The position numbers and the translations under genes were made by a program. A stretch of DNA of 64,000 bases, counting the filler, from Stramenopiles sp. TOSAG23-3 (taxonomy: Eukaryota): assembly GCA_900128585.1 (NCBI GenBank). It is 8 parts of 8 records of this genome, joined end to end, with 100 filler letters (N's around TTAATTAATTAA, not from the genome) between each part and the next. Parts side by side here need not be neighbours in the genome. Positions count along the whole stretch, not along the records: positions 32,240 to 40,186 come from LT643084.1; positions 40,287 to 48,225 come from LT643085.1; 6 more parts are not named here. One strand, given 5' to 3'. Below, one piece after another: positions 33,390 to 43,700 of this stretch. The stretch's first letter is position 1. The number at the start of each line of letters is the position of its first letter. Below the pieces are notes generated by a model. It saw only the letters and a program-made list of their open reading frames with translations. It was not told where the DNA came from and did not search any database.

Positions 33390-36158
33390 ATGATTTATGT
33401 TGAGAAAAAGGAAGCTGTATCTAATCGACCAATTGGATATTCTGAAGCAGTACGTGAACATCCCCCCCCTCTTCCTTCTTGTACGGACAACATGGACAGC
33501 GCTTCGACGTCGTACACTGCCTTAGGTGGTGCAAAAAAAAATGCAAAAAAAATACCCGCAGAGGAAGCCGCTGCGAAACATAAATCCCTCTTTCGTCGGA
33601 ACGTCCTGCTGCTGATCGTTTCTATTGTCGACGTCGTCGTTTCTTTTGGAACTTTCTGCGAGTGGAACGGACTGTATTTTTGGAAAAGAGTTGTTGAACT
33701 GCCGTCTCAAAGCTTCTTTCTTGGCTGGTCCTCTGTAGATCTTTGGATCGTCACACTTGTGAAAGTGATTTTCATTTACTGGACGTTTCTGTTCCAAGCG
33801 ATGGGAAAGAGCGCTGGACTTTCAAATTCTCCCCCGAAGCTACGGAATTACGGGGCTGCGGCTTCGTTGTCGTCGTTTTCAATATATGCATATATTCTTG
33901 CAAAGTGCATCGCTCGGTTGATATCCTATTCTGCCCCAAGTCGAGGTTCTGTGCCAGCGCCAGCATGGTTTTGGTGTTTGGCCGCCAGCGTTGTGGCTTG
34001 TACCTTTGCAGAGTCCTACTGGCTTGGCAGCACAATTGTACCAATCTATTTGGGAATCTGCTTTGAAAATCAAGAAATGTCTCCAAAATTATCTCTCAGT
34101 AGAGATTTTTCCCGCATAAACAACAGTTCTGAAATGGTCCTGCTCGAGCCCGATGCAGAAGACAAGTCTCTGTTGAAAGGCAGAATAGATACACAGAAAA
34201 AGTATCGCAAGTTTATTTTTCCACGGATGGCTGCGTGGTTGGATGGGTTTGTTCCGCACGATACCGACGACGATGACGACGACGACGACGACGACAAAAC
34301 TGAAAGCAGCCAGAGCGCGGGGGCAACCGACGGGACAAATTCGAGGAAAAAGAAAAAAAAGAACGCTAGCATAATGCAGCTCATACAGATGAGTCGAAAT
34401 GACTGGTTCATCTTGTTGTGTGCCTTTGTTGCCTTGTTTGTTGCCGCCATCGGGCAAGCGTTCATACCACGGTTGACTGGTGACATAATCAACTCAGTTG
34501 CGCACACGCACGATTATGAGGCCTTGGAATCAAACTCAATAAAGCTGGTCGTAGCTGCAGGGATAACGGCAGTTTTTACAGCCTTTCGGGGCTCCTTGTT
34601 TACCTTGCAAATGACTCGCCTCAACATTCGCGTTCGAGAAGCGCTGTTTGCGTCACTTTTAAGTCAGGAATTGGCCTATTTTGACTGTACGAAAACGGGG
34701 AAAATTACGTCGCGGTTAAACGCCGACACCACCAAACTTTCAGACCAAATCTCATTGAACTTGAACGTTTTTTTGCGCTCGGTTGTCCAAGCAATTTTAG
34801 TATTGATATTTATGTTTCATGTCAACACCCAGCTCTCGTTTCTAACGTTCATTTCAGTCCCCTTGGTAGTTTACATATCGATCAAGTATGGAAATTACTA
34901 TCGGAAGCTTTCCAAAGCATGCCAGGCAAAGCTGGCAAACTCAAATGCAATTTCCGATGCAGCAATCTCAAGCATGAGTACCGTCAAATATTTTGCCAGC
35001 GAGGTCTCAGAAATGGAGCGGTACTCTTCGAAATTGCAGACGTTCTACATTGTGAACCAAAGGCAAGCACTGATTTATGGCATCTATGCGATATGTTACA
35101 CAGCACTCCCGACATTAGTTTCAGCGCTAGTCCTCTTCTATGGTGGTAGGCTAGTGATCCAAGGGTCCATAACTGCGGGAGATTTGGTGTCCTTCATGCT
35201 GTACCAGCAAAGCCTCAGCAGCGCATTTTCTACCATCGGAGCCATATATTCTGGTCTTGCGGGTGCTTTAGGTAGCGCGGATAAAGTGTTTGAATTGATC
35301 AATCGTGACCCCCGTATTGGGACGGACACCAACCCGATGCATGGCGAGCACGATGGTGCCCCAGTATTGGCATACGATCAAGTGCAAGAACAATTCAGGG
35401 GTAAAATTGAGTTCCGAAACATAGTGTTTCGCTATCCTTCCAGGGTAAAATCAGTAGTATTAAACGGGCTAAATTTGACTGTTGAGCCTGGAATGACACT
35501 TGCGCTTGTTGGTCCTAGTGGAGGTGGCAAGAGCTCTGTTTTGAATATTTTGGAGCGTTTGTATGAGCCAGAAAAGGGCAAAGTTCTTCTTGACGGGAGA
35601 CCAATCAATGATTACAGCCATCGGGCGTTCCATCGTTTGGTCGGAATCGTCGGCCAAGAGCCTGTACTCTTTGCCCGATCGATTGCAGATAACATAGCAT
35701 ACGGTTTTCCGTTTGACTCACGCCCGTCTCAAGGCGATATTGAGCATGCCGCAAAGCAAGCCAATGCCCACGATTTCATCACCGAGTTTCCTGACGGGTA
35801 TGATACCAAGTGCGGGGAAAAAGGCGTTATGCTGAGCGGTGGACAAAAGCAGCGCATTGCTATCGCGCGTGCACTGGTCCGGCGGCCGCATGTTCTTTTG
35901 CTAGACGAGGCAACAAGTGCTTTGGATGCGGAGTCCGAGAACATTGTTCAAAATGCGCTCGATAAGATAATGAAAACCAAGTCTCGTACTGTAATTGTAG
36001 TGGCCCATCGCTTAAGTACCATTCGCAACGCCAACTGCATTGCTGTTATAAAATCTGGGGCTGTCATTGAAAGGGGAACCCATGAAGAATTGCTGAAAGC
36101 GGGGAAAGACGGAGTGTACAGCAAGCTTGTTCGCAAGCAGTTTGAGTCTGCTGAATAA
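33390..36158 (+). CDS. ABCB half-transporter, TAP/ABCB9-like with N-terminal TMD0 (likely start 33492)
   Basis: Extra N-terminal TM domain, acidic linker, 6-TM core, Walker A GPSGGGKS, signature LSGGQKQRIAIARAL, LLLDEATSALD, VAHRLSTI. Confidence 0.96.
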   Translation: MIYVEKKEAVSNRPIGYSEAVREHPPPLPSCTDNMDSASTSYTALGGAKKNAKKIPAEEAAAKHKSLFRRNVLLLIVSIVDVVVSFGTFCEWNGLYFWKRVVELPSQSFFLGWSSVDLWIVTLVKVIFIYWTFLFQAMGKSAGLSNSPPKLRNYGAAASLSSFSIYAYILAKCIARLISYSAPSRGSVPAPAWFWCLAASVVACTFAESYWLGSTIVPIYLGICFENQEMSPKLSLSRDFSRINNSSEMVLLEPDAEDKSLLKGRIDTQKKYRKFIFPRMAAWLDGFVPHDTDDDDDDDDDDKTESSQSAGATDGTNSRKKKKKNASIMQLIQMSRNDWFILLCAFVALFVAAIGQAFIPRLTGDIINSVAHTHDYEALESNSIKLVVAAGITAVFTAFRGSLFTLQMTRLNIRVREALFASLLSQELAYFDCTKTGKITSRLNADTTKLSDQISLNLNVFLRSVVQAILVLIFMFHVNTQLSFLTFISVPLVVYISIKYGNYYRKLSKACQAKLANSNAISDAAISSMSTVKYFASEVSEMERYSSKLQTFYIVNQRQALIYGIYAICYTALPTLVSALVLFYGGRLVIQGSITAGDLVSFMLYQQSLSSAFSTIGAIYSGLAGALGSADKVFELINRDPRIGTDTNPMHGEHDGAPVLAYDQVQEQFRGKIEFRNIVFRYPSRVKSVVLNGLNLTVEPGMTLALVGPSGGGKSSVLNILERLYEPEKGKVLLDGRPINDYSHRAFHRLVGIVGQEPVLFARSIADNIAYGFPFDSRPSQGDIEHAAKQANAHDFITEFPDGYDTKCGEKGVMLSGGQKQRIAIARALVRRPHVLLLDEATSALDAESENIVQNALDKIMKTKSRTVIVVAHRLSTIRNANCIAVIKSGAVIERGTHEELLKAGKDGVYSKLVRKQFESAE

Positions 36159-36319
36159 AACTCTGTAATTTTGTTTTGTGCCATATTAAATATAATATTC
36201 AGAATATTAAGAAAAGGACTTAAAAAACAGCCAATTTTCTTGTTTTTAAGAAAAGGTACACGTAAATAACAGCCAATTTTCTTGTTTTTAACAATTATTG
36301 ACACTTTTTCACTCCCCAT

Positions 36320-38611
36320 TTAGACATCAAAATCTCTTCTAAATATAAAGGCTTTCATGTCGATCCCAGTGACCGAGATGATGGGGTCAATTAACGTCCA
36401 TGACAGTATGTGGAGCCCCGCCGCTTTCTCTACTTGCTCATTCCGCAAATACAAAATGAGAAAAGATCGACCCTTTGTGTAGCTTAGCCAAACTTCCATC
36501 GCTTCGATGTACTTTTCAATCGAAACCTGTTCTTCAATCTCGTTCCATATTCCAGTCAGATTCAAAACAATCACGTCGGCAGTCGACGGGTCGAATTGTT
36601 GCCAAAACTTCTGCTTGGGAACCAAATCCTGCTCGCGCCCATGGCTTTTTTTCTTTAGTGCCTTCTTCTTCCGTTCCATCCGCTTTTGCTGCTCGTACGC
36701 TTCTTTAGTCATGTTCATTTCCTTGTCGTCGTCCTCATCGTCGTAATTGTTCCCGATAACACTGTTTTCAATCTCCCGCTGCCTGTCCATTTTAAACGCT
36801 TTCTTTCGCGTTCGAATTTTTAATCTCAAATGGTCCCATTTGTCTGCAATTTGGTCAACGTGATCTATATTGTCTTCCAGTGAAACGGCCTCCCCGAACT
36901 CAAAAAAAGTCACCGCATGGAAGACCGTCCCGGAAAGCCCTGCTCCTAAAATATCGCAATATTCATGCAAATCGGAAAAGTGAAACGATTGCCCCACAAT
37001 TTTTTCAGCGCACCGAATGCTTTGCAGAAATAAGGGCAACGACACAGGCTCCATGTACGTCTTCAAATCGAGATTGGCAGCATTGTCCTCGTCAATGTCT
37101 TTTAATTCTTTGACACTTTCTGCAGGTCTGAAACACGAACAGATCATGCATTCTTCGTCTTCTAGAATATTTATGTAGTCGCAGGACGGGCAAACCCACT
37201 CTTTCACAACCAACGCCTCTGCGGCTTCCTTTTCCGCCAGCTCCTGCTCCTTTCTTTCAATCTCTTGCTGCTTCCTCTTATTTTCTAGAGCCAAAATCTT
37301 TCGTTTGTTTACTGCCTCTTCGTTTTCGTCGTCGGAGTCCCCGGGGAGAAAAAGGCGCTTTCCTTCCCCCAACCGGGTAGTCGCGTAGACGGTAAGGTTG
37401 TTTGGAGAATATGTGTCCAACAGCCCGATTCCAAACTTTAACTTTTTCACGCTTGTGTTTGATATATCGCCAAAATTTACGTGGGAAGGTGGAGGCGTTC
37501 GAAACGTAACGAAATCTGTCTTTTTGAACACCCTGACCTGGCTCAATTGCTTCTTGGGTGTTGGAGTTTTTGGGATTTTTTTCCGCTTAACAGTCGGCGA
37601 ATCCATGGTGTGAATTCTGGTTTCAAAGTGCTTTTCTAAAAGGTTCATCCGCTTGAAATAGCGTTTGTTATCCGTGGTATAAAAAAATGCCCGGTTTGGT
37701 TTTCCTTCCGTGAGGGCTGTATTCTCATCAAAAAGGTGTTTTACGATTCCAAAGCGATCGTTTTCAATTTGTTTTGTCTTGCCACCATCATGTACAGCAA
37801 TGGCAACCCCCCCCCTTTTTTTGAATGGTGAAGTTTGGTTGGTTCTGGCTACGGAACTTTCTGCTGCAAGCCTATTGGTTTTTGACTCCTGCGAAAGGAG
37901 CCCCACGTTGCAATGCTGACTCATACTTTTTGAGGAATCCTTTTGGCGATAGGAATATCGTTTTGTGTGCTTTTCCTTTTTTGATGCCACCACATCATCT
38001 TTATGCCGGTCGTCGTAATCTATTCGAGCGTTCATATTATTGAGGGTCTTTCGCCGCTCCTTTCCATGATCCATTTTGGCCGTTACGCGTTTCTTCTGTT
38101 TTGAACACGCCAAGGCGGCATTTTGTACATTTTCTTTGATTTCTTTGCTACGCACTCTAACTTTAGTATCGAGTTGATCTATCTTTCGGGTGATCTGTTC
38201 CACTATTCCGGGTTTGTCTTGCTTTTTGAAGTCCTCAATGCTTAGATCTTTTGGTTCGTTATGCACAAAAAAGAATAGCAGCCAGTTTGGACACGACGTT
38301 AAGAGTGAAACGGAGCAATTAATTTGGCATTTTGGGCATTGCGGAATTTTCTTGTAGGTCTTTTTCAAGCGCTGCATACAATCTTTTTCACATCTATCTA
38401 TTTGTTCCCTTCTGTGTTTCCGATATTGGTAAAGGGCGCTGGGCCCTTCTTCCTTTTCGTCCCCCACAGAAGCCATGCCTGGCCCAGAAGTTTCCTCAGC
38501 TGGTTTTTCCTGTTCACCCACCTTTCCGTAAATGTAAGAATCAGATGTATACGATTCCATCAGACCATTATTATTTTTTTCATTCCCATGACTCATTTGG
38601 TGCACACTCAT
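36320..38611 (-). CDS. Protein with RanBP2-type zinc finger and a possible degenerate DOT1-like SAM-methyltransferase C-terminus
   Basis: WVCPSCDYINILEDEECMICSCFRP (RanBP2 ZnF); YCDILGAGLSGTVF...ADVIVLN resembles class I MTase motifs (weak). Confidence 0.65.
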   Translation of the reverse strand: MSVHQMSHGNEKNNNGLMESYTSDSYIYGKVGEQEKPAEETSGPGMASVGDEKEEGPSALYQYRKHRREQIDRCEKDCMQRLKKTYKKIPQCPKCQINCSVSLLTSCPNWLLFFFVHNEPKDLSIEDFKKQDKPGIVEQITRKIDQLDTKVRVRSKEIKENVQNAALACSKQKKRVTAKMDHGKERRKTLNNMNARIDYDDRHKDDVVASKKEKHTKRYSYRQKDSSKSMSQHCNVGLLSQESKTNRLAAESSVARTNQTSPFKKRGGVAIAVHDGGKTKQIENDRFGIVKHLFDENTALTEGKPNRAFFYTTDNKRYFKRMNLLEKHFETRIHTMDSPTVKRKKIPKTPTPKKQLSQVRVFKKTDFVTFRTPPPSHVNFGDISNTSVKKLKFGIGLLDTYSPNNLTVYATTRLGEGKRLFLPGDSDDENEEAVNKRKILALENKRKQQEIERKEQELAEKEAAEALVVKEWVCPSCDYINILEDEECMICSCFRPAESVKELKDIDEDNAANLDLKTYMEPVSLPLFLQSIRCAEKIVGQSFHFSDLHEYCDILGAGLSGTVFHAVTFFEFGEAVSLEDNIDHVDQIADKWDHLRLKIRTRKKAFKMDRQREIENSVIGNNYDDEDDDKEMNMTKEAYEQQKRMERKKKALKKKSHGREQDLVPKQKFWQQFDPSTADVIVLNLTGIWNEIEEQVSIEKYIEAMEVWLSYTKGRSFLILYLRNEQVEKAAGLHILSWTLIDPIISVTGIDMKAFIFRRDFDV

Positions 38612-39132
38612 TCCCACTCGGTAATGGATGGAACGTTTTTCATACTACGAAGTTTCTGACTCGATTGTTCTAACTACAAAACAGAACGGCACAATTTCAA
38701 CGAATGTATTGATGGAGATTGAGCTTTTCCAAGTGTGAAAGAGGATTGCACACTGGCAATGCATCGACTACATTAGTGACTTGCTGCGTGCAATCAATCA
38801 CATTTTTTAACACATACAATTACATGCTTCTTTTGTGGATACTCGCCGCTGTAGTATTTATAGTATTGCTTCATTATTTTGTGTGTACGATCGATATAAA
38901 CAAATAACCCGAAACAAGTTAGTGGTGACAGCATGGGAGAAGAAGAGAAGGGAAAAGCCAATTTTCTTGTTAAAAAGTAACGTCTACATTCTACATCATC
39001 ATCTATTTATAAAGCATACTAGAATAACAAAAAGGAGGAACATAGTAGTTTATTAGAGAAAACGGAAACCCGAAATATATATACCCAAAACAAATAATAC
39101 CAACAAAACAATAACAACAACCCACCGACACC

Positions 39133-39876
39133 TTATTTTCCTTTTGCTCGCCTTGACCTTTGTTGCTTTTTCTCAGCCTCTTTGATAACCTGACCAACGA
39201 AGTTTCTACTACTTTTTGGATAAGTAGGACAGAGGTCAACCTTGTATTGGTTTGGTCCCGGCGTATCGTTCGCTCGAAGAATGGTTCTATCTAATTCTGA
39301 CATTGGAAATGCAGTGCTAAACTGGCCACCAGAGGGACCTGGCATTTTTATTAGCCCGTATGCATTAGGGGCAGGGATACTTTTCCCTCTGTATATAACC
39401 CAATCGATTTCAGACTTTGGGTTGGCGTCGCTTATTTTAATACCTCCAGTGCCCCACTCGTTTACTTTGATTTTATACTGATTTGGACCTGGTGTTTGTT
39501 TTGCTCGCGATACAACCCAATCAAACTCACCTTTTGGATTTGCATTACTAAATCGCCCACCTCCTGGGAGCAAGTATTTGCCAGTGGCAGAAGACCCTTC
39601 TTTAGAAAAGCCCACTGCATTTTTCGTTCGCGTCAGCCTGTCCAAAGTTTGTTCGTTCATCTTTCCAACGTTCGGGCGAACCCAATGCCCCGGCCCGTCC
39701 TTCGAAGAAGGCACCCAATGAACTTTAGGTCTTCGGAAATTAGGGTCAGCTTTCTTTTTTGGACTGTACAAGGAACTACTAGTGTTGATTTTCGAGCTTC
39801 TTTTCGGTCTCTTCTTTCGTTTCGACTTTCCAGCCTTTTCAACTTTCGCCATCGTTGCGAGGGCAGAAGAGCTCAT
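39133..39876 (-). CDS. Sperm-tail PG-rich repeat (STPG/ODF3/SHIPPO-like) ciliary protein
   Basis: Repeated GG.FS.ANPK(S/G)E.DW.....K.TPGPNQY / PAPNAY units; first in-frame ATG at 39876. Confidence 0.8.
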   Translation of the reverse strand: MSSSALATMAKVEKAGKSKRKKRPKRSSKINTSSSLYSPKKKADPNFRRPKVHWVPSSKDGPGHWVRPNVGKMNEQTLDRLTRTKNAVGFSKEGSSATGKYLLPGGGRFSNANPKGEFDWVVSRAKQTPGPNQYKIKVNEWGTGGIKISDANPKSEIDWVIYRGKSIPAPNAYGLIKMPGPSGGQFSTAFPMSELDRTILRANDTPGPNQYKVDLCPTYPKSSRNFVGQVIKEAEKKQQRSRRAKGK

Positions 39877-40186
39877 ACTTTTTGCAAGTGTTACTGCCAC
39901 GCGCAAACACTTCCTTATTTTCCAGCTCAACACTCTCTTTTTTTTGCCTGTCAAACTGCTTACTACAGCAATTCAATCTGAACCAAAGAAAAGAATTTAT
40001 CCAAGCGTGCGCGCAAACTCATCTCATGCAAAATTAACAACAACAACAACTATAAATTAAGAAGAAGAATGAATAATATAATGTATATATATATAGTAAT
40101 GAGAAAAAAAGAAGATGAGAGGAGTAGGAGGAGGAGGAGAGAGAGAGGTAATATATTAATAAAAAAAGGGAGAAGAAGAAGAAAGC

Positions 40187-40286
40187 NNNNNNNNNNNNNN
40201 NNNNNNNNNNNNNNNNNNNNNNNNNNNNNNTTAATTAATTAANNNNNNNNNNNNNNNNNNNNNNNNNNNNNNNNNNNNNNNNNNNN
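40187..40286. other. Artificial contig-joining linker
   Basis: 44N-TTAATTAATTAA-44N. Confidence 0.98.
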
Positions 40287-40437
40287 AAAAAAAACTAACT
40301 AAAATTCAGTTTTATGATGTATATGAAAAATTATAATAGTATGCCTTGAGACTCTCATATCATATCTAAAAAAAAAATTATATAGTATGCTTTAAGCACA
40401 AAACATTTTTGCTGTTAATTTTACCATTATTATATGG

Positions 40438-40592
40438 GATTAGGGTTGGAACTGAAATCGTAATTGATATAAAATGAGAGTCTTCGCATACTATATAAAC
40501 ACAAGAAAATTGGCTGCTATATAAATTTGTTTTTTCATATGGGTTGGAACAGAAATCGTAATTGATATAAAATGAGACTCTAAAAGCATACG
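40438..40592. repeat. Dispersed repeat family B (GGGTTGGA..CGTAATTGATWTAAAATGAGAGTCTTAAARCATACTATAT)
   Basis: Two tandem copies here, an inverted fragment at about 40330-40360, and related copies at 1736-1830 and 62497-62527. Confidence 0.75.
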
Positions 40593-40738
40593 TTACACTG
40601 ATATTAATTTGTTCTTTTCATATGATATGAAAAGATTCTGGTAAACTTACTCGCATGCAGTACTAAATAAATAACAGCCATTATTTTGTTTTAGTAAGAT
40701 AACATAATTGCTGATTTTTTGATTTTAACATAAGTTAT

Positions 40739-43700
40739 CTATAGTTCGCTTCCCCGTAATTTCAATTGCTTGCTTAAAACATTGAAACTGCTCACTAAGG
40801 AAGACAGACTCTCGTCAACACCGCTACTAGAATCGAGCTGATGGTGCGCATTGCGCCTCGTGGAAGTTTCCATCAAGTCGCCTAACTCCAAATTGCTCTC
40901 GCGGTAGCTTGGGGAAGGTTTTGAGCGCATTCCAAAATCGTGCCGGCTGTTCGAATTTTTATCTGGGGTAAAAAAGAATTGCCCATCATTTCTTGATCCA
41001 ATCTCCTTCATTAGCAAGGAGTTACGGACATGGCGCGCGGTTTTTGCTACTCTACTGTTGGTAGCATATTTCTTCTTTGGCCTTCCTCGGAATTGTTTTT
41101 GGGTCGGTGATTCATTGAGACGAAGCAAATATGCCTCAGTTGTCCCAACTTGAAATAGCCGCGACATGCTTTCTTGGCATTTTGAAATCATCTCTTGGTG
41201 ATTTTTTTGCCTGTCTACATACTCCATATTTAGTTGCTCAACCCGTTCCAAGTCCGAAGACTTTATTTTTAATAAAAATTTTGCATCCTCTATTTCTTTT
41301 TCCATAACGGCCGTTCTATTAGACATTGACAACAATGATTGGCGAAGTTTCTCGTTTGTGCTGTTGTCTTCTTCCCTGAGTTTTTCCAAAGATAGAATTT
41401 TGACATCCCTACGATTTAAAATATCTGCAATAGACGCATTGCTTTGTGATGATTTAGCTAACCTTGATTTGACTTCAATTAGATGATCTTGGACAATGTC
41501 TTTCTCCTTGATGGCATTGCGCAATGACGATGTCAACATTTCTACTTGCTCCTTCAGAGACCGCTTTTCTCGTGCAATCTGCGCGGAGTATCTTTCGGCA
41601 TTTTTTTTATTATCAGATATGGTATCTTCATATTGCTCTTGCAGCGATTTGAATTTTTCAACAGCCGTTTTCGCAGTCATTCGTAATGTAACCAATTCTG
41701 AATTCACTTCCGTTTTTGATTCCATTAGCGCCTCTTCTTTTGCGTTGACAAGTGCGCTTCTTAACCTGGTTTGCTCGTCTTGAAAAATATTATTCTTCAA
41801 CCTAGCTTCTGCTAATAGTGTCTTATATTCAATCAGCTGTTCTTCCGCGCCCAACGATCTTTCTTTCCAATGTTGAATCTCATGCGAATATATTGCTTTT
41901 TGTTGTAATTTAGAAGACACTAGTTCCTTTCGAAGCAATCGCTTTGCATCATCAAGCTCGCCTGATTTGTTCAGCAGCTCTTCGCATTTGTTCTGGAACA
42001 TGTTTTCAATCCTCTTTCTATCATTCGTTATTGCGTTTTCGGAAGTTCTTAATGTGTCGATAATCGTGTCTTTGGATAGCATGGAAGCACGAAGAGTATC
42101 TATTTCATGCAATTTCTCCATCAATTCTGCATTTTGAGTTCGAAGCTTCTTGACATTGTCGTTTGCAGTTTTGAGGTTCGATTTTAAAGTCGTGCAGGTG
42201 TTTCCAAGATTTGTTCTCACCTGTTTTTCTTTCATGATGATCTCCTCCTGGTTTCTTTTCAAACCTTGCATTTCTGATTGCTTGTCTTTCAATGTGGTTT
42301 TATGCTTGCGATTTACGGCAGAAATGAGCTCGTCTTTCTTATCCAGTAGAACATTTAAATTTTGAATTTTATTGGTTTGGTCCATGATTTCTTGCGAAAG
42401 GCTATGTTTTTCCTCTTTTAGTGCATCGGCCATATCAATTATTTCATAGTGATCTTTTCTCAGCTCTTGCAATTCAGCCCGCGTTTCTTTCAATGCCCGT
42501 TTGCGATCGCTTAGCTCAGCCTTCAAAAGGGAAATATCATTATGTTGCCCCCTGAGTGTTTCTCGCAACGCAGTTTCTTCACTCTCTTTCTCTTTAGTCA
42601 AACTTTCGATTCGCTCAGCGGAGTCTTCCTTCAGCTTTGCTACAACGATTTTTAAATTATCGAATCGACTTTTTTGAGATTGTAATTGGACAGAAACTTT
42701 CGCGTTTGATTCCGAGCATTTGCTTAATTCCTGTCTGCTTTTAGCCGTGTTTGTTTTGAGTTTCGCTTTTAACTGGATGATCTCAGCCTTCAGGTTATCG
42801 TTGTCTTTGTTACTGAGTTTTTTAAAGCTATCGAGATTTTCTTGGACTTCTTGGTTAATTTGGTGAAGCCTAGCACTGTCCCTCTGCGAAGCCGATAGTA
42901 AGTTTTGAAGTGAAGAATTTTCTTTTTCCAAGCTTATTCTCATTAGGCTTGCAGCTTCAAGGTCTTTCTGTTTCTCTGCTTCCATTTGTTTAAACGTAAT
43001 CATGTTTTCATTTGCTTTTCTGGCACAAATTTCTAACTCAGAATCTCTTCGGGCGTTGTCCAATTCTGTACGATTCAGTAATTCGGTTAATTTCTCTTGG
43101 ATTATTTTTGTCTCAGAGTCCTTTACGTTGCACTTGTCTTGGAATTCTTGTAAGCTTAATTCTAAATGTTTTACTTTCTCAATCATGATATCTTTGTTGG
43201 CATTGTGCGAATCGCGCTCTCCCAATAGTTTTGTTTCAAGAAGTTTATACTGCTGCCTTTTCTCGTTGCATTCTCGCTGAGAATCCAAAAGAGCACCTCT
43301 GGCTTGCTTCAGGTTTGATTTTATCGTCTCGTTTGTGTGTGTTAAACTTTTCACACTGGCTTGAAGCGCCATCAACTTCTTTTCACTCTTTTCGTCGTGT
43401 TCTTTTAATTTTTCGGCATTATCCTTTTTTGTTTTTAGTAAATGCGTTTTGTCGACCGCAGTCACACTGATCCTACGCATGAGATCCTTCGCCCTTTTCT
43501 TATGCTCTTGTTGTACCCGTGATTGCAATAGGTGAATTTCTTCGTGGGCGAGATCCTTTTGTTCTCTAAATTCTTCCAACTCTGTTTCCTTCGACTGCAC
43601 TGTGCGCTCAAGCTTCTTTTTCTCGCGAAGAAGACCTTCAATCTGTAATTTTAATTTCGATTTTTCCGCATTGAATTTTTTTATGCAGTCTAACAAAGCT

